Source: Eledone cirrhosa
Lineage: Eukaryota
Assembly (NCBI GenBank): GCA_964016885.1
Contig: OZ024740.1
Span: forward strand, 147,312,001 to 147,376,000
Direction of reading: 5' to 3'
DNA: 64,000 nucleotides
The position numbers and the translations under genes are program-made. The notes under the pieces are model-generated. The model worked only from the letters and a program-made list of their open reading frames with translations. It had not been told where the DNA came from and did no database searches. Of this stretch, positions 38,540 through 54,509 are shown one piece after another. Positions within the stretch are counted from its first letter, which is position 1; every line of letters begins with the position of its first letter.

Positions 38540-38850
38540 TTGGATCTCCATCGGACCGACAACGAGATTTTCTATAGGTTGAGCAACGCAACGATTTATT
38601 AGTGGAATTGACGTGTAAGTGACTGAGCATTCCACTGACACGTGTACCCTTAAGGTAGTGTTCAGAGACATTCAGCACGACACAGGGTGTGACAATGCTG
38701 ATCTTTTGAATTACCGGTACAACTCATTTTTGCTAGCTGAGCGGACTGGAACGTGAAATAAAGTGCTTTGCTCAAGGAAACAACATGCCACCGGGAATCG
38801 AACTCACAATCACAGGGTCGTGAGTCAAATGCCCTATCCACTTAATCAAG
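38540..38850 (-). mobile_element. SINE (family B)
   Basis: Reverse complement of the 41221-41512 unit (CGTGAAATAAAGTGCTTTGCTCAAGGA; GACACGTGTACCCTTAA). Confidence 0.75.
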
Positions 38851-39627
38851 CACTTTCACACATGTGTCTGTACATGCTACTTTCGAGTTAACATGTGAAT
38901 GTTGTGGTCTTTCATATGTAGAATATCGGAAAGGGTGGAGCCTGTTTATTTGTTTCTCTCTGGGCATAGATAAACAGGTTATCTAATTTTAACGGTTGTT
39001 TCGAAACAACAACAACAACAAAAAAGGAAAAAAGAAATAGATAACACAAAAATAATAATTTTTTTTTTTTTTTTACCACAAGGGATGTGAGTCGATACAA
39101 CGACGAATTACAATACAAAATAGGGTTTACGTCGAGTAAAAAGGTTCGAAACAAAGAACAAAGAAAAATAAGAAATGAAACAATAAATTTCCTACACGAG
39201 ATATAATCGTCTGGGATTTTACATAATCATTTTCTTCTTCGCCAGCACCAGCACCACCAGCACAAGCACCACCACCACTACTACCACCACCACCACCACC
39301 ACCACCATTTATTCTCTCAAAGTATTTTCACATACTTTGGGAGAATAAATAAGAAATAATCACACAAGATATAAAATACTAAATCACAACAAAGCAGTAG
39401 TCTAACTCTATAGGTAGGGTTTGCTATGAATACATTAAAGTCGCCGTTGTGGATCTGTGTGTATCTACGAATACCTGCGTAGATGTATGTATGTATGTAT
39501 GTATGTATGTATGTATGTATGTATGTATGTATGTATGTATATATGTATGTATGTATGTATGTGTGCATGTATGTGTGCATATATGTGTGTGTGTATGTGT
39601 GTGTATGTGTGTGTGTGTGTAAGTATG

Positions 39628-39658
<31 letters not shown>

Positions 39659-39804
39659 GTGTATGTATATGTGTGTGACAATGCTGGTCTTTTGAATTAC
39701 AGGTACAACTCTTTTTTGCAAGCTGAGCGGACTGGAACGTGAAATAAAGTGCTTTGCTCAAGGAAACAACATGCCACCGGGAATCGAACTCACAATCACA
39801 GGTC

Positions 39805-40850
39805 ACCAGTTGGTGCTACTGGTAACATGTATCCCAGTACAAACTGTCTCATGGTCGGGTCGTTGGCAACTAAACTGGCAACCCCACCAAGGTTTCTTGG
39901 TGAGGAGGGTGACTTTGGACATCCAGCAGGACTAAAAACAAAACCTGTCAAAAGGGCAAAGGAACTCTTAAGAGTCAATGGCCATCCAAAATCACCGGGA
40001 GAGATAACCCCTTAGCTTTTGTCAAGGCAGAATTCTAGGAGAAGGAAAACTGATATAACACCTGCAACTCTGATGGAATCCAATGATGTTGACTTGTTCT
40101 TCTTTTTGGTAAATATCATCTTGGTTAAGAGAGTGGGACTGGCTTTGTGCAGTGCCTTTGCTCACTACAAAAGCTTCACGGCACAGGCATTGCTTTATAT
40201 CTGGATATCTCTCTGCATTTGTCGTCTCATGGTACCATGGGCCCAGCACTATGTGTCAATAATTGTCACAAGTGTAGTGTTTGTACCAGAGTTTTCAAGT
40301 CGCTGGCTGGACTAAAAAGTCACACTCGTTCAGCGCATCGGTAGGGGTTCTCCTACATGGATATAAAGTAGTGGCCGTACTTGAAAACGAGTTGGCAGCC
40401 ACCATGTATGTGTGTATGTATGTGTGTATGTATGTAGAGAGATGATCCCTTAGCCTTTGTCAAGGCAGAATTCTAGGAGAAGGAAAACTATGATATAACA
40501 CCTGCAACCCTGATGGTATCCAATGATGTTGACTTGTTCTTCTTTTTGGTAAATATCATCTTGGTTAAGAGAGTGGGACTGGCTTTGTGCAGTGCCTTTG
40601 CTCACTATAAAAGCTTCACAGCACAGGCATTGCTTTATATCTGGAGATCTCTCTGCACTTGTCATCACATGGTGCCATGGGCCCAGCACTATGTGTCAAT
40701 AATTGTCACAAGTGTAGTGTTTGTACCAGAGTTTTCAAGTTGCTGGCTGGACTAAAAAGTCACACTCGTTCAGTGCATCGGTAGGGGTTCTCCTACATGG
40801 TTCTCCTATATGGCCGTACTCGAAAACGAGTTGGCAGCCACTATGTATGT
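39805..40850 (+). mobile_element. Internally deleted RTE derivative with a tandem duplication of its last ~410 bp
   Basis: RTE-like 5' motif GTTGGCAACTAAACTGGCAACCCCACC. The 3' end encodes a C2H2 finger (CSVCTRVFKSLAGLKSHTRSAH). Segment ~40000-40410 is repeated at ~40437-40850, and each copy ends in an (ATGT)n-type tail. Confidence 0.65.
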
Positions 40851-41220
40851 ATGTGTGTGTATGTATGTGTGTGTGTGTATGTATGTGTGTATGAATGTGT
40901 GTGTGTATATATGTATGTGTGTGTGTATGTGTGTGTATGTGTGTATGTATGTACGTATGTGTGTGTATGTATGTGTGTATGTATGTGTGTGTATGTATGT
41001 GTGTGTGTGTATGTATGTATGTGTGTATATGTATGTGTGTGTATGTGTGTATGTATGTATGTATGTATGTGTGTATGTGTGTATGTATGTACGTCTGTGT
41101 GTGTGTATGTATGTATGTATGTATGTATGTATGTATGTATGTATGTATGTATGTATGTATGTATGTATGCGTGCATGTATGTATGTATGTATCTATGTAT
41201 GTATGTATGTATGTATGTAA

Positions 41221-41512
41221 AGGCGCGTGGCTTTGTGGTTAAGGTATTCCGCTCACAGTCGTAAGGTCGTGAGTTCGATTCCTTGAGCAAGACACTTTAT
41301 TTCACGTTGCTCCAGTACACTCAGCTGGCAAAAATAAGTTGCATCTGTAATACGAAGGATCAGCCTTGTCACATTCTGTGTTACGCTGAATCTCCCTGAG
41401 AACTACGTTAAGGGTACGTGTGTCTGTGGAATGCTCAGCCACCTGCACGTTAAGGCTCTTCTGTTAATCGGTTCAACTGGAACACTCGTCGTCGTAACCG
41501 ATTGAGTGCCAG
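41221..41512 (+). mobile_element. SINE (family B, CORE-like)
   Basis: tRNA-like head (GGCTTTGTGGTTAAGG...GAGTTCGATTCC), the TTGAGCAAGACACT motif and a conserved tail ...GTCGTCGTAACCGA. Confidence 0.8.
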
Positions 41513-42444
41513 TTATGTATGTGTGAATTTATGTGTGCATATGTGTGTAATATAGGTTTGTATGTGTGTGTATATATCTATGTACGTGTATGTTTGACTG
41601 TATGTATGCATGTGTAAATGTATGTGTGTATATGTGTGTAATGTAGGTGTTTATGTGTGTATATATGTGTATATGTGCGTATGTATGTGTGGATGTAAGT
41701 ATTATATGTGTATGTATGTCTGTAATGTATGTGTGTATGCGAGTATATCTATGTACATGTGCGAATGTATGTGTATATGTACGTATGTATGTGTGAATGT
41801 ATGCATATATGTGAGTATATGACTGTGTGTGTGTGTGTGTGCATCTGTGTATATGTATATGTATATGTTTGTGTTTGTGTATGTAAGACCCTGTGTTTTT
41901 GTACATTCCTCCAATAAAAACCTTGGGAACGGCAACTAACTACATCTCACGTGTAACTACACGTTGGAATACTAGAACCTTCCTTCAGATATTTTTGTTC
42001 TTTTCTGTTAATTAAAAAAAAAAAAAAATTCGTTTTATTTATAGTTGTTATTGCTATTGATGTTGTTGTTTAACCTCATTTTGTATGATGTTGTTATTCA
42101 TCAAAGACATTCCAGTTAAGCCCGTCAACCTATTTACACGCAGTGATGTTTTAAAAATTATATATAGTATGTGGAGAACTATATTATATAACGTATCCTT
42201 TATTTTTAAGACTGTAGAATGAAATTTGAGGCAAATTTGGTTGCTATTTCTAGTAATAGTAGTTGTTGTTGATGTAGTTCCTTAGCTCTAGGTCAACCCT
42301 GATTGACCATATCTACGATGAAAGTAATCCTGCCATATTTGCCACTCCGCTTCTTTATTTAAGCATAATTTATCTAGGATTACATTGGGTGGTCATGTGT
42401 TGGCCATGAGTTTAGAATATGATAATAAACCATCAGAAATAAAT

Positions 42445-42548
<104 letters not shown>

Positions 42549-43804
42549 TCGCACATATCCATATACTTACATACGAACATATTCATGACCGCGTCATCCG
42601 CGACTAAAGCGACATCATTACTAGTGAAGGGTGTTGCGAGAAACCGCATGTCAAACCGCATGTCAAAGAACTGTTGAACTCAGAGTAGGGTCATTGACTA
42701 TCTATTAATAACCGGAGATTTAGACATTCCAAGATGGAGTCCAACTCGCTGTAAGACCACTGGGCTTATGGCGCATTTTTAGCTTTTATTAAAACAGGTC
42801 TACAAGAGAAGGTTTCTCAGATATATGTGAAGGCATGTATCTTAGTAACCAGGGGGTTTGGCTGACGATCGTAAGAGTTCGATTCCCAGTAACACTTTCT
42901 GTCTATAATTACGACACTTTATTAGAAGTTGCTCCTGTCCACTCAGCTGAAAACAGTTGTACCTGTAATTCAAAGAGGTGTTTAGTGGTTTGGGTGTTCG
43001 GCTCAGAATTGTAAGGTCGTGAGTTCGATTCTCAACAGTGCCATGTGTCCTTAAGCAAGACACTTAAATTCACGTTGCTCAACTCAACTCGGCTCGAAAA
43101 TATGAATTGTACCTATGATTCCCACTTGTGTCGTGCTTAATCTTCCTGAAAATTACGTTAAGGGCACAGGTGTGTGTAGAATGTTCAGTAATTGGTATTT
43201 TAATTTCACAAGCAGACAGATTCATTGATCAAACAACTGGAACACTCGCCATCGGAATTGACGTAGATCCGACAAAAATAACGCTCAGATATAAAACCCG
43301 TTGTTCAGGATATGATCTTTGGGTATATTCAGTATCAGCAGAAGAGCATGACTCACGAAAGCTCTCACGGTTGTAACCATTATGTACTGCAGATATCGTA
43401 TCTCTGCATGTCTCTAAATCATGGCAATAGGGTTTATGAGGTATTGTGCAAGTCTTCTTTTGACTTAAAATTCTGCAAAGGCATTGCTGACTTAGTGTTT
43501 GCAGATCTTCTTCGTATACGGGTGGGCAGCCGCCATATATATGTATCCCGGGTTCAATTGGGGGTAATCAGAGTAAGTAAGGTACTCAATACATTATTAG
43601 AGTGTATACAACAAATTTAATATAGAAATGGCTTCTACAGGACTAGAACTGTTTCATTCGAAGGAAATCATCAGGAAAGCCAACTGGCATTGTAATACAG
43701 TGGTGTTTGTATGTTTTCTAGTGGTTGGAGAAGGTAGTAATTTTGAGGATCGGTAGAGGTCATTGGCTGAGGGATTTTAAAGAACAGGGATTCTTTATAT
43801 ATAT

Positions 43805-45430
<1,626 letters not shown>

Positions 45431-45492
45431 TAACAGATTAAAGGTTAAGCAAAGAATCGCTGCTTTCACCCTTAACGGGATCTTCTGAAACT

Positions 45493-45580
<88 letters not shown>

Positions 45581-45829
45581 TTAGCTATGGGTGGTTTTCT
45601 GCTAGTATATATGTTATTAGCAAAGTTTAGAATACCTAGGCAATCTACTGAATGCCTAAAACATCAGGGAAAGGTATAAAATAGAACCCATATATAAGGC
45701 AAAACGAAAACAATTTTTTAAGGGAAAACTTGTTCTTTTAAAAAATAAAAATACAAACGAAGGCACAGAGACATAGAACTCCAGGCATAAACAAATGGAT
45801 TTACATACACATACACACACACATGTATG

Positions 45830-45918
<89 letters not shown>

Positions 45919-47160
45919 TGAGAGAGAGAGATATGTTGATGACTTTTCCGATTTGTTTATACCTGTGTCTTTCGTTTGTATTTTTATTTTTTTTCAGATT
46001 TGTATGACTTTTTAAAAAATGTTTAAAAGATATTTTTGAAAGTTTCATTTGTAGCTATTAAAACTGGGTAACTTATGTTTTCAATTAACCATATGTTTAA
46101 AAATGAAATTTTTGAAGAAAATTTAGAAACTTAATTTAATATTAATTCTTTCTTACTGTTGCTTTCTTTAAACTCCCAATTTCGGTATATAAGATCAATT
46201 ATTTTTACTTTTTTTAGCTAACGCATGTAAAGCTTTGCTTGAAAATGTCAATGAACAGAAAGAACGGTATATTATAACACATATCAAAATGGACGGCACA
46301 CTTAATAGAAACACTATTAAACCAGTGTTAGTCTAAGATCTTCTGTTAGTAATTAACTTATGGAGTAAAGCAACACGGACGGACTTTACGTAAAGAAGTA
46401 CATAAGTGTCATAACTGAAAAGTATGCACGTGGCATTGCCGAATGGTAAGTGGTTCACTTCTCAATCATTAGGTTCCATATCACTACCTGGCACCTTGGG
46501 CAAGTATTATTTAACATTGCCTGAGAATTACATTAAGGGTACACGTGTCTGTGGAATGCTCAGCAACTTGCATGTTTACTTATGAGCAGGCTGTTGGATT
46601 GAACGAACCACCGGAACACTCATCGTCGAAACTGACGGAAGTCCATAGAGCTGGAATATACTTAAAAATTGGATTAAACATCTTGTATAAAGATTACTAT
46701 TTGTGAAAATGCCGAATGCCGAATTTTGGTAAATATAAACAGAATGAAAGAACTTGATTAGAAAAATAGGTTGAAACCATCTACTTTTGTAGTTTAAAAA
46801 GCAAGTGTTACTCAAGTGAAACCATAGTGCAATAGCAAGTGTTACTCAAGCTGTTACTTTTCTGATTATTTCACTGGTGGCAACCATTGATGTTTATAGT
46901 CTTTTTGCAGACAGTGTGCGTATTATGTTATTGCTTATCTAAATCCAATAAAACTTGGCGTATTTGGAATATAGGTGAATAGTGCACAGACAAGGAATAA
47001 AAAGCTATTACAGCAAAAATTAAATCACTTATTATATAAATGCACAGAATATATTTTTATATTGCTATTCCAAGGAATATATGTGGCATGAAAGACATTC
47101 AAGTCATACTTTCTACGAATTCTGTTGCGCTTTTGCAGTTCAAGTGGGTTCGCCATAAGA

Positions 47161-47254
<94 letters not shown>

Positions 47255-47340
47255 GGCGTGAGAGAAAGAAAGAAAGAGAGAGAGAGATATATAGATAGAG
47301 AGATAGATAGAGAGATAGATAGATAGATAGATAGATAGAG

Positions 47341-47402
<62 letters not shown>

Positions 47403-48822
47403 TTTGGATGTTGGGCTTCCTATCATAGTGTCATGGTTTCGAGCACGGGCCATGAGGCACATTGCATCGTTGCAAGACGTTTCAATCTATATGACTCCAG
47501 TTCACCTAACAGCATGTGTGTTTATCATGCGAAGGACTGGCGTTTTGTACGTTCGATCGTTTAACATCTCATGAAACCTGGATAAACTTTGGTTTGTCTT
47601 GAGACAGATTTTATACACGATGAATATATGGTGTGAAATAAAATGACCTCATAGTTTGATGGACAATAACTAAATAGCGTGACAAACAATGACTATAGGT
47701 AAAACTTCGGAGATACAAATGAAAATAAAACCACATTAGTTAGTGTGCTGTGAGGAATGAAATATCCAGACATTTTTGACATTTATTCTTCTTTAGAGGG
47801 AAAAAAATAATTTAGCTAATACCACGATCTCTAAGGTGAAACACAAAATTGTTTGTGTCAGTAACAAAATATGCAAGCCAATAGCACGCCTTAGCGTCTG
47901 TGTTGTTGGTGTACAAATTTAGGAGTGCGTGGGTAGATAGGGGTTATGGACTTAAAGGCAGGAAACAATAATTTCAAAACATAACTGAGAGTCTGATTAC
48001 TTTTGGTTCTTGCGCTTGCGCTATAAAAGGAATTTGGTAAAATTTACAATACGCATTATTGCTTAGTAGTTCGGGTAGGATTATATGTGAATATCAGGGT
48101 TTAAGATTATGTGTTTAGAATTCGGAGTTAAAGTTTAGTTTAGTGTTTGAGTCTACAGTTTAAGCTTTAGGTTAGAAGTTTTGGGTTAGAACTTAAGGAT
48201 TATGTTTTAGCGTGAAGGGTTAAATGACGAGCGAGATGTTCATAGCTGAAAAGAGGAAGCTTTTTGAAATGCCTTTGCATAACGGCATGACTCATCTTTT
48301 TAGCCTATGTGTAAAAACAACTTAAAACAAAACAAAAACAAAATGAATCACACTGTTTATATAAAATGACATATTTTGATATTGATTGCATACTCTGGTT
48401 TTTAAAATGGTGACATCGAACTCTACAGGGCATTACAAATATTTTAAAAAATAAATACTTTTCAATATAAATTCTGTAATTGCAGATCTCCTACAGAGTA
48501 TCCGCTAAAAAACAATTGCATAGCCTCCGGGATCGTCTACAGCTGCACTCTGTATACTAAAGACAACAGAGAGTACACATGCATCGGGGCAATTAGAACG
48601 GATTTTAAATCCGTTTTTATGACCACAACAGCTCCTTCAAATGTCTGTACATCGGCTCGGGGAATGGAGGCTAAGAAAGGGATTATGAATAGCTGAGACT
48701 CCCGCCCTCCCAAATTTCAGCCCCATTAAAATTAAAAAGCGCTCCATCTTTCCTAAGGGACCACAAAAGGTAGATTTCACTCAGAGACTTCCCACTATAT
48801 ATATACATATATATATATATAT

Positions 48823-48980
48823 AAAATTAGGTAAGTAACATGTGCTTATGCTGTATTTGACTAAATAGAATTAGTCTATTAGTTGGGATTAAAAAAAAAC
48901 CCTCTGAAGGGAAAATCCCAACTAACAGACTAATTCTATTTAGTCAAATACGGCATAAGCATATGTTACTACCTAATTTT
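48823..48980. repeat. Foldback hairpin with ~65-bp arms
   Basis: AAAATTAGGTAAGTAACATGTGCTTATGCTGTATTTGACTAAATAGAATTAGTC...GGGATT pairs with AATCCCAACTAACAGACTAATTCTATTTAGTCAAATACGGCATAAGC...CCTAATTTT. Confidence 0.88.
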
Positions 48981-49022
48981 CAAATTCGATATCCGTTACT
49001 AAACAAAGTATGCTTTGTGTCT

Positions 49023-49125
<103 letters not shown>

Positions 49126-49216
49126 AGAGAGGGTGTGGTAAGATACCAGGTTGATCATAATGCGCCAGAGTATTGAATACTTACGGTTGTAGAGTGGAGT
49201 GGGTAATAGGAAAATA

Positions 49217-49321
49217 GTCAGGACTCCGACGACTGAGCTCCGGCCGTTTCGACAGGTAAATCGGAACGTGTTCGGATTTAGCAGTCGAAACGGCCGGAGT
49301 GTCAGCCGTCGGGGTCCTGAC
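49217..49321. repeat. GC-rich ~105-nt hairpin; half-copy at ~21735-21775
   Basis: GTCAGGACTCCGACGACTGAGCTCCGGCCGTTTCGAC...GTCGAAACGGCCGGAGTGTCAGCCGTCGGGGTCCTGAC. Confidence 0.85.
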
Positions 49322-49327
49322 ACTTTT

Positions 49328-49374
<47 letters not shown>

Positions 49375-49597
49375 AAGGTATATATTAAGTTAGAAACTTA
49401 AAATAGTATCTTACAATTAAATAGCTCAAGGAAAGAAATTTTTCCGAGCTGTATAGTATAATTGAATATAAAAGAGAGATAAACACAGATATATACATGT
49501 ATGTGTTCAAATCGTAAGGGACCATATTCACCCTAGCGAATCTGGTCCCTTACGATTTGAACACATATATATCTGTGTTTATCTCTCTTTTGTATTC

Positions 49598-49743
<146 letters not shown>

Positions 49744-49794
49744 TATACATGTGTGGTTGTCTAACATAAACATTTTGAAACTATGTTCACTTAC

Positions 49795-49855
49795 TTGATA
49801 TTGATATTAATATTAAATGGAAACATCCAATCACCAGAAACCGGTTGCGATACAT
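49795..49855 (-). CDS. Cys-rich type I membrane protein, first coding exon (signal peptide, 61 nt)
   Basis: acaATG start. Encodes MYRNRFLVIGCFHLILISIS followed by a phase-1 donor |gtaagt. Joining exon 2 gives ...ISISRVNG|MC, a plausible signal-peptidase site. Confidence 0.72.
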
Positions 49856-50408
49856 TGTCCTTTTCCGTGGAAGAATTTCAGCATGAAATAAAGAGACAGT
49901 TTGTGAGGAGAGGAAGTTAACAGATACTACTCAATTGGCTTGTCAGCTCGTTTGATTGAATTTCATTTGAATCTTAGGAAATCTAGTCACTTCTCCTTGA
50001 TGCCTACGTAGGAGTAATAGTAGGAGCTATGGGGTAGTGGTTGTGGTAGTTGTAATGGTGATAGTAATGATGGTCACGGTGGGGTTGAGGTTGGTAAGAG
50101 TAACAAATAATTAATGAAGATTCGCCCTTGTTGTTGATTTTGCTGATGTATTCTTAAAGGTAGTGAGTGAATCATCATACATCTGAATCCATGTGCTATA
50201 CACGTGACAATTGTCATTTTCCCAGCCATTGTAATTATTCAACAGTCTTGTTTACACCTTCTTTGCATCTTTCACCACCGCTACCCCTACACCTCTTTCT
50301 ATATTTAAACTCCGCCCTTTTACGACCTGGGAACTGAATAATAGTGTATCTATATGTGGGTGTAGCTTCATTTGTTTCACTATACATAATCCTAGCCACT
50401 CTGTTATA

Positions 50409-50472
<64 letters not shown>

Positions 50473-50473
50473 G

Positions 50474-52185
50474 ACTCTCGAGCCACTACTGCGGAAGTTG
50501 AAGCTATTGCAGGGCATCCCTCTGGAACCGGGACTGCGGAAAGCGGCGTCGGCCTACGCCGACGACGTGACAGTAATGGTGTCGAGCGCCTCGCAAATCG
50601 AGGAAGTCGGCACCTTACTGAAGGAATACGAAAGTTTCACAGGAGCGAAGCTGAACCGGGACAAGTCCATCGGTTTGCAACTCGGATCGTGGAGAGGCAA
50701 ACCGATGCCTTCCGATGGCGCCGTCGGACGCTGGACGGAAGGACCGGTAAAGCTGCTCGGGGTCTGGTTTGGTCCGGACCTCCAGGTGGAGAAGAACTGG
50801 AACGAAGTGACGGCCAAGGTGTTTGCACTCACCCAGAAATGGGCCGAGTGCAAACTATCCTTGAAAGGTCGAGCGGAGGTGGCGAACACTTTTATAGCGT
50901 CCGCCATCTACTACCGCTTGACCATCGTGCCTTGTCCAGCCAAAACGCTCGCCAAAATGGAGCGCGCGCTCTTCCAATTCCTTTGGAAGAGGCGGAGTCC
51001 TTTGGTGAGAAGATCCATCTGCTGCCAACACCCTTCTAACGGAGGGCTGGGGATGCCGTGGTTGACGATGCGCAAACACGCGCTCAGGCTGCGGCATCTC
51101 TACGTATTCCTCACCGGACAACCGATGTGGGCCCCGTTCGTGAGGCGAGCCTTCCCACGACTCGTCTCGCTGACCGAGCTGCAGTCCTGGGTCAAGCAAA
51201 GACCGAGGAAAATGGGCGACTGGCACATCGAATGTGGTCAGGCGCTCACAGCCCTCTGGCAGGCGGACCCGGCGATCAGTGGAGACTCCACTTCGTCATT
51301 CTATAGAGGGTTGATCCGCAGCAAGTGCGACGACACGCTCGGTGAAACTCTAGGCGTAGAGGAAGATGAACTGGCCAGTCTGTTCGGTAGGACCTTCCGC
51401 CCGGGACCGATGGACAACTTCCAAAAGTCCCTGGCCTGGCAGTGCTACCGAGGAGCTCTACCAGTTCGAGACAAGCTCTACAGACATGGGCGCCCGGGCA
51501 GGGACCCTGCAAAAAAGATCTGTCCGAGGTGCGTGCGAGACGAAGAAACCGTCGCGCACGCATTCATACACTGCCCGGGCGTCACTGACCTGTGGGGCTA
51601 TGTAGAACGACTATTGTCGCTGGTGGGACCAATCCGGTTGACCACCGAGTCCATTGTCATGATCAAACCGCCACCCTCCTTCAAAAACGAAGGAGAGGCG
51701 GTTTTCCTTTGTGTGATAGCTATAGCGAAAGAGGTTGTATGGTGGACAAGGTTGAAAGGGCTGAGGTCAGACACCTTTCTCTCCGGCCAACAACTGATTC
51801 TTTTTTTCAAATACCACTTTGGAAGAAGAATCAGGATGGAGAGAGAGGTGCTGTGCCCTAGCAAGTTTTATGAAAGGTGGGTGAAAGTGGCGAGAATGGC
51901 CCGAGTGAATGGGCCTTCTCTCTATATCAGCCTGTAGGTTGAGGAAAAGGAGGAGGAGAGGAAAGGAGTACAAAATCTTCGTACTCCTGGAGATGAGGGT
52001 TGCACATTTTTTCGGGGGTATGTGTTACCCATATAAACTGGGTAACACATACCCCCTATTGGGGAAAATCGACTAACTTTTTAAATTACATTTGTGATAA
52101 CATTTTACACGTTTTTATTGTATGTAAACTTCCCCCTTTGTATTTGTCCCCTTCTTTTGTGCCCCTGTGGCTAATAAAGAAATAT
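50474..52185 (+). mobile_element. 5'-truncated Tx1/L1-clade LINE with an open 479-codon ORF2 C-terminus
   Basis: Motifs SAYADDVTV, GAKLNRDKS, KLLGVWF, LSLKGRA, GGLGMP and CPRC...ETVAHAFIHC. It is preceded by (ATCT)n at 50411-50472 and ends AATAAAGAAATATATCTATCT. Confidence 0.92.
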
Positions 52186-52218
52186 ATCTATCTATATGTC
52201 TCTCTGTCTGTTTACTAC

Positions 52219-53765
52219 AGGAATACGAAAGGTTCACAGGAGCAAAACTGAACCCGGACAAGTCTGTCGGTTTGCAACTCGGAACGTGGAGAAGGAAACC
52301 GATGCCGTCCGACAGCACCGTCGGACGCTGAACGGAAGGACCGGTGAAATTGCTCGGGGTCTGGTTCGGTCCAGAACTCCAGGTGGAGAAAAACTGGAAC
52401 GAGGTCATGGCCAAGGTATTTGCGCTCACCCAGAAGTGGGCAGAGTGCAAATTGTCTTTGAAAGATCGAGCGGAGGTGGCGAACACTTTGATAGCGTCCA
52501 TCATCTACTACCGCTTGACTGTAGTGCCTTGTCCCCGTGAATACCTCACCAAGATGGAACGCATGCTCTTCCAGTTCCTGTGGAAGAAGCAGGCTCCACT
52601 AGGGAGGAGACCGTCTGCTGTCAACACCTTTCCGACGGAGGGCTGGGCATGCCGTAGCTAATGATGCGCAAACATGCGCTGAGGCTACGGCATCTCCAGG
52701 TATTCCTCACCGACCAACCGGTGTGGGCACCGTTTGTGAGACAGGCCTTCCCACAACTTGTCTCGCTGACGGAGCTGCAGTCCTGGGCGAAGCGAAGACC
52801 GGGGCGCCTGGACATTGAATGCGCCCAGGCGCTCACAGTCCTCTGTCAAGCGGGCACAGCAATCAGTGGAGACTCCACTTCGACATTCTATAGAGGGTTA
52901 GTACTTTACAAGTGCGACGACGTGCTCGGGGAGACTCTAGGCGTCGAAGACGACGAGCTCACCAGTCTGTTCGTTAGGACTTTCCACCCGGGACCTATGG
53001 ACAACTTCCAGAGGTCCCTGGCCTGGCAGTGCTACCGAGGAGCTCTACCCGTTCGAGATAAGATCTACAGGCACGGACGCCCCGGCAGGGATCCTTCTAA
53101 GAGGACGTGTCCAAGATGCGAGCAGGACATTGAAATAGTCCTGCACGCAATTGTACACTTCCCGGGCGTAAGCGACCTGTGGAACTATGCAGAACAACTG
53201 CTGTCGCGTATGGGACAAATCCAGTTGACTGCCGAGTCCATAGTAAGGATCAAAGCGCCAGCCTCTTTCAAAAACGAAAGAGAGGTGGTTTTCCTCTGTA
53301 CAGTGGCTATGGTGAAAGAGGTTATATGGTGGACGAGATTGAGAGGACTGAGGACAGATGCCTTTCTCTCCGGACAACAATTGATTTCCTTCTTTAAGTA
53401 TCACTTTAGAAGGAGAATCAGAGTGGAGAGAGAGGCACTGCACCCCAGTAAATTTACTGAAAGGTGGGTGAATGAAGCGAAAATGGCCCGACTGATTGGG
53501 CCTTCTCTGTTTATAAGCCTGTAGGTTAAAGAAGAGAGCAAAAGGAAGAAGGGAGCACGTGCACAACACGCTCCTGGAGTTGAGGGTTGTTCTATCGACG
53601 GGGTATTAAACAACCCATTTGTGGCGCTTCCCTCCTATTGGGGATTTCGATTGTCATAATTGTTTGTTTCAATATTTTTACACGACTGTATCTAAAATCC
53701 CCGGCATATGTCTTTGTATTGTCCCCTTTTCTTGTGCGCCCTTGTGGCAAATAAAGAAATATATC
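52219..53765 (+). mobile_element. Second, more decayed Tx1/L1-clade copy (related subfamily) in tandem
   Basis: ORFs 52344-52661 and 52661-53524 are homologous to 50498-51937, with the same 3' terminus followed by ATCT repeats. Confidence 0.9.
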
Positions 53766-54509
53766 TATCTATCTGTCTCTCTGTCTGTCTGTCTATTTTC
53801 TGTCTGTCTATTTTTCTAATATGTGAACCCTACCTGTCTTTTGTGACCTGGGAACTGATCGCCAGTGTTTTTATTTCACGATAAATTCCTTTCTATACGT
53901 TCTTGTTTATTCTATTTAGACTGAATTGTTGTTCCAATAGAAGATAGATAGACAGGTAAATAGATATAAATAGACACCCATACTTATATTGATACAAAAG
54001 GCGAAGGTTAATTACACAGGTACCATATCTGCATGAAAAGGCAACAGTTAAGTAGAAGCGAACGCATTTAATGCTGTAAACATTAAACAAAGTCTAATAA
54101 GAAATAATCTTTGATCCAGATAAACAACACTAACTAGACCATATTTTAAAAATAAATATAACATTTAAAAAGCAACGGAAAGTATTATTTTAATCATAGT
54201 TGTAGCTAACGAACACGTTGAAGCATCCTTTTCTTTGACAAATATTATAAGAACTCAGCGTCCATCACTTCGAAAGTAATCTTATAGAATGTTCGTTCAT
54301 CTCTATTATACTAAAGTTCTCCTGTTTGTGTGTTCGTTTATACCTTAGTTCAAATGGTCCATTCTATACACAAAATGTTTTGATTTATGTACTCTAAAAC
54401 ATGATCTTTTGCATAAAAAAACTCTGACAAATCACGTGAATTAAATCGGTTGAAAGAAAAAAACATTTTGTTTATTATAAACACCGATAGAGATACAATT
54501 TTGGTAGCA

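Noticed and set aside
39334-39420. Hydrophobic stretch with a gtatgt donor as an alternative signal-peptide exon
   Set aside because: The phase-1 frame has a TAG shortly upstream and no ATG. The 49855-49795 exon fits better.
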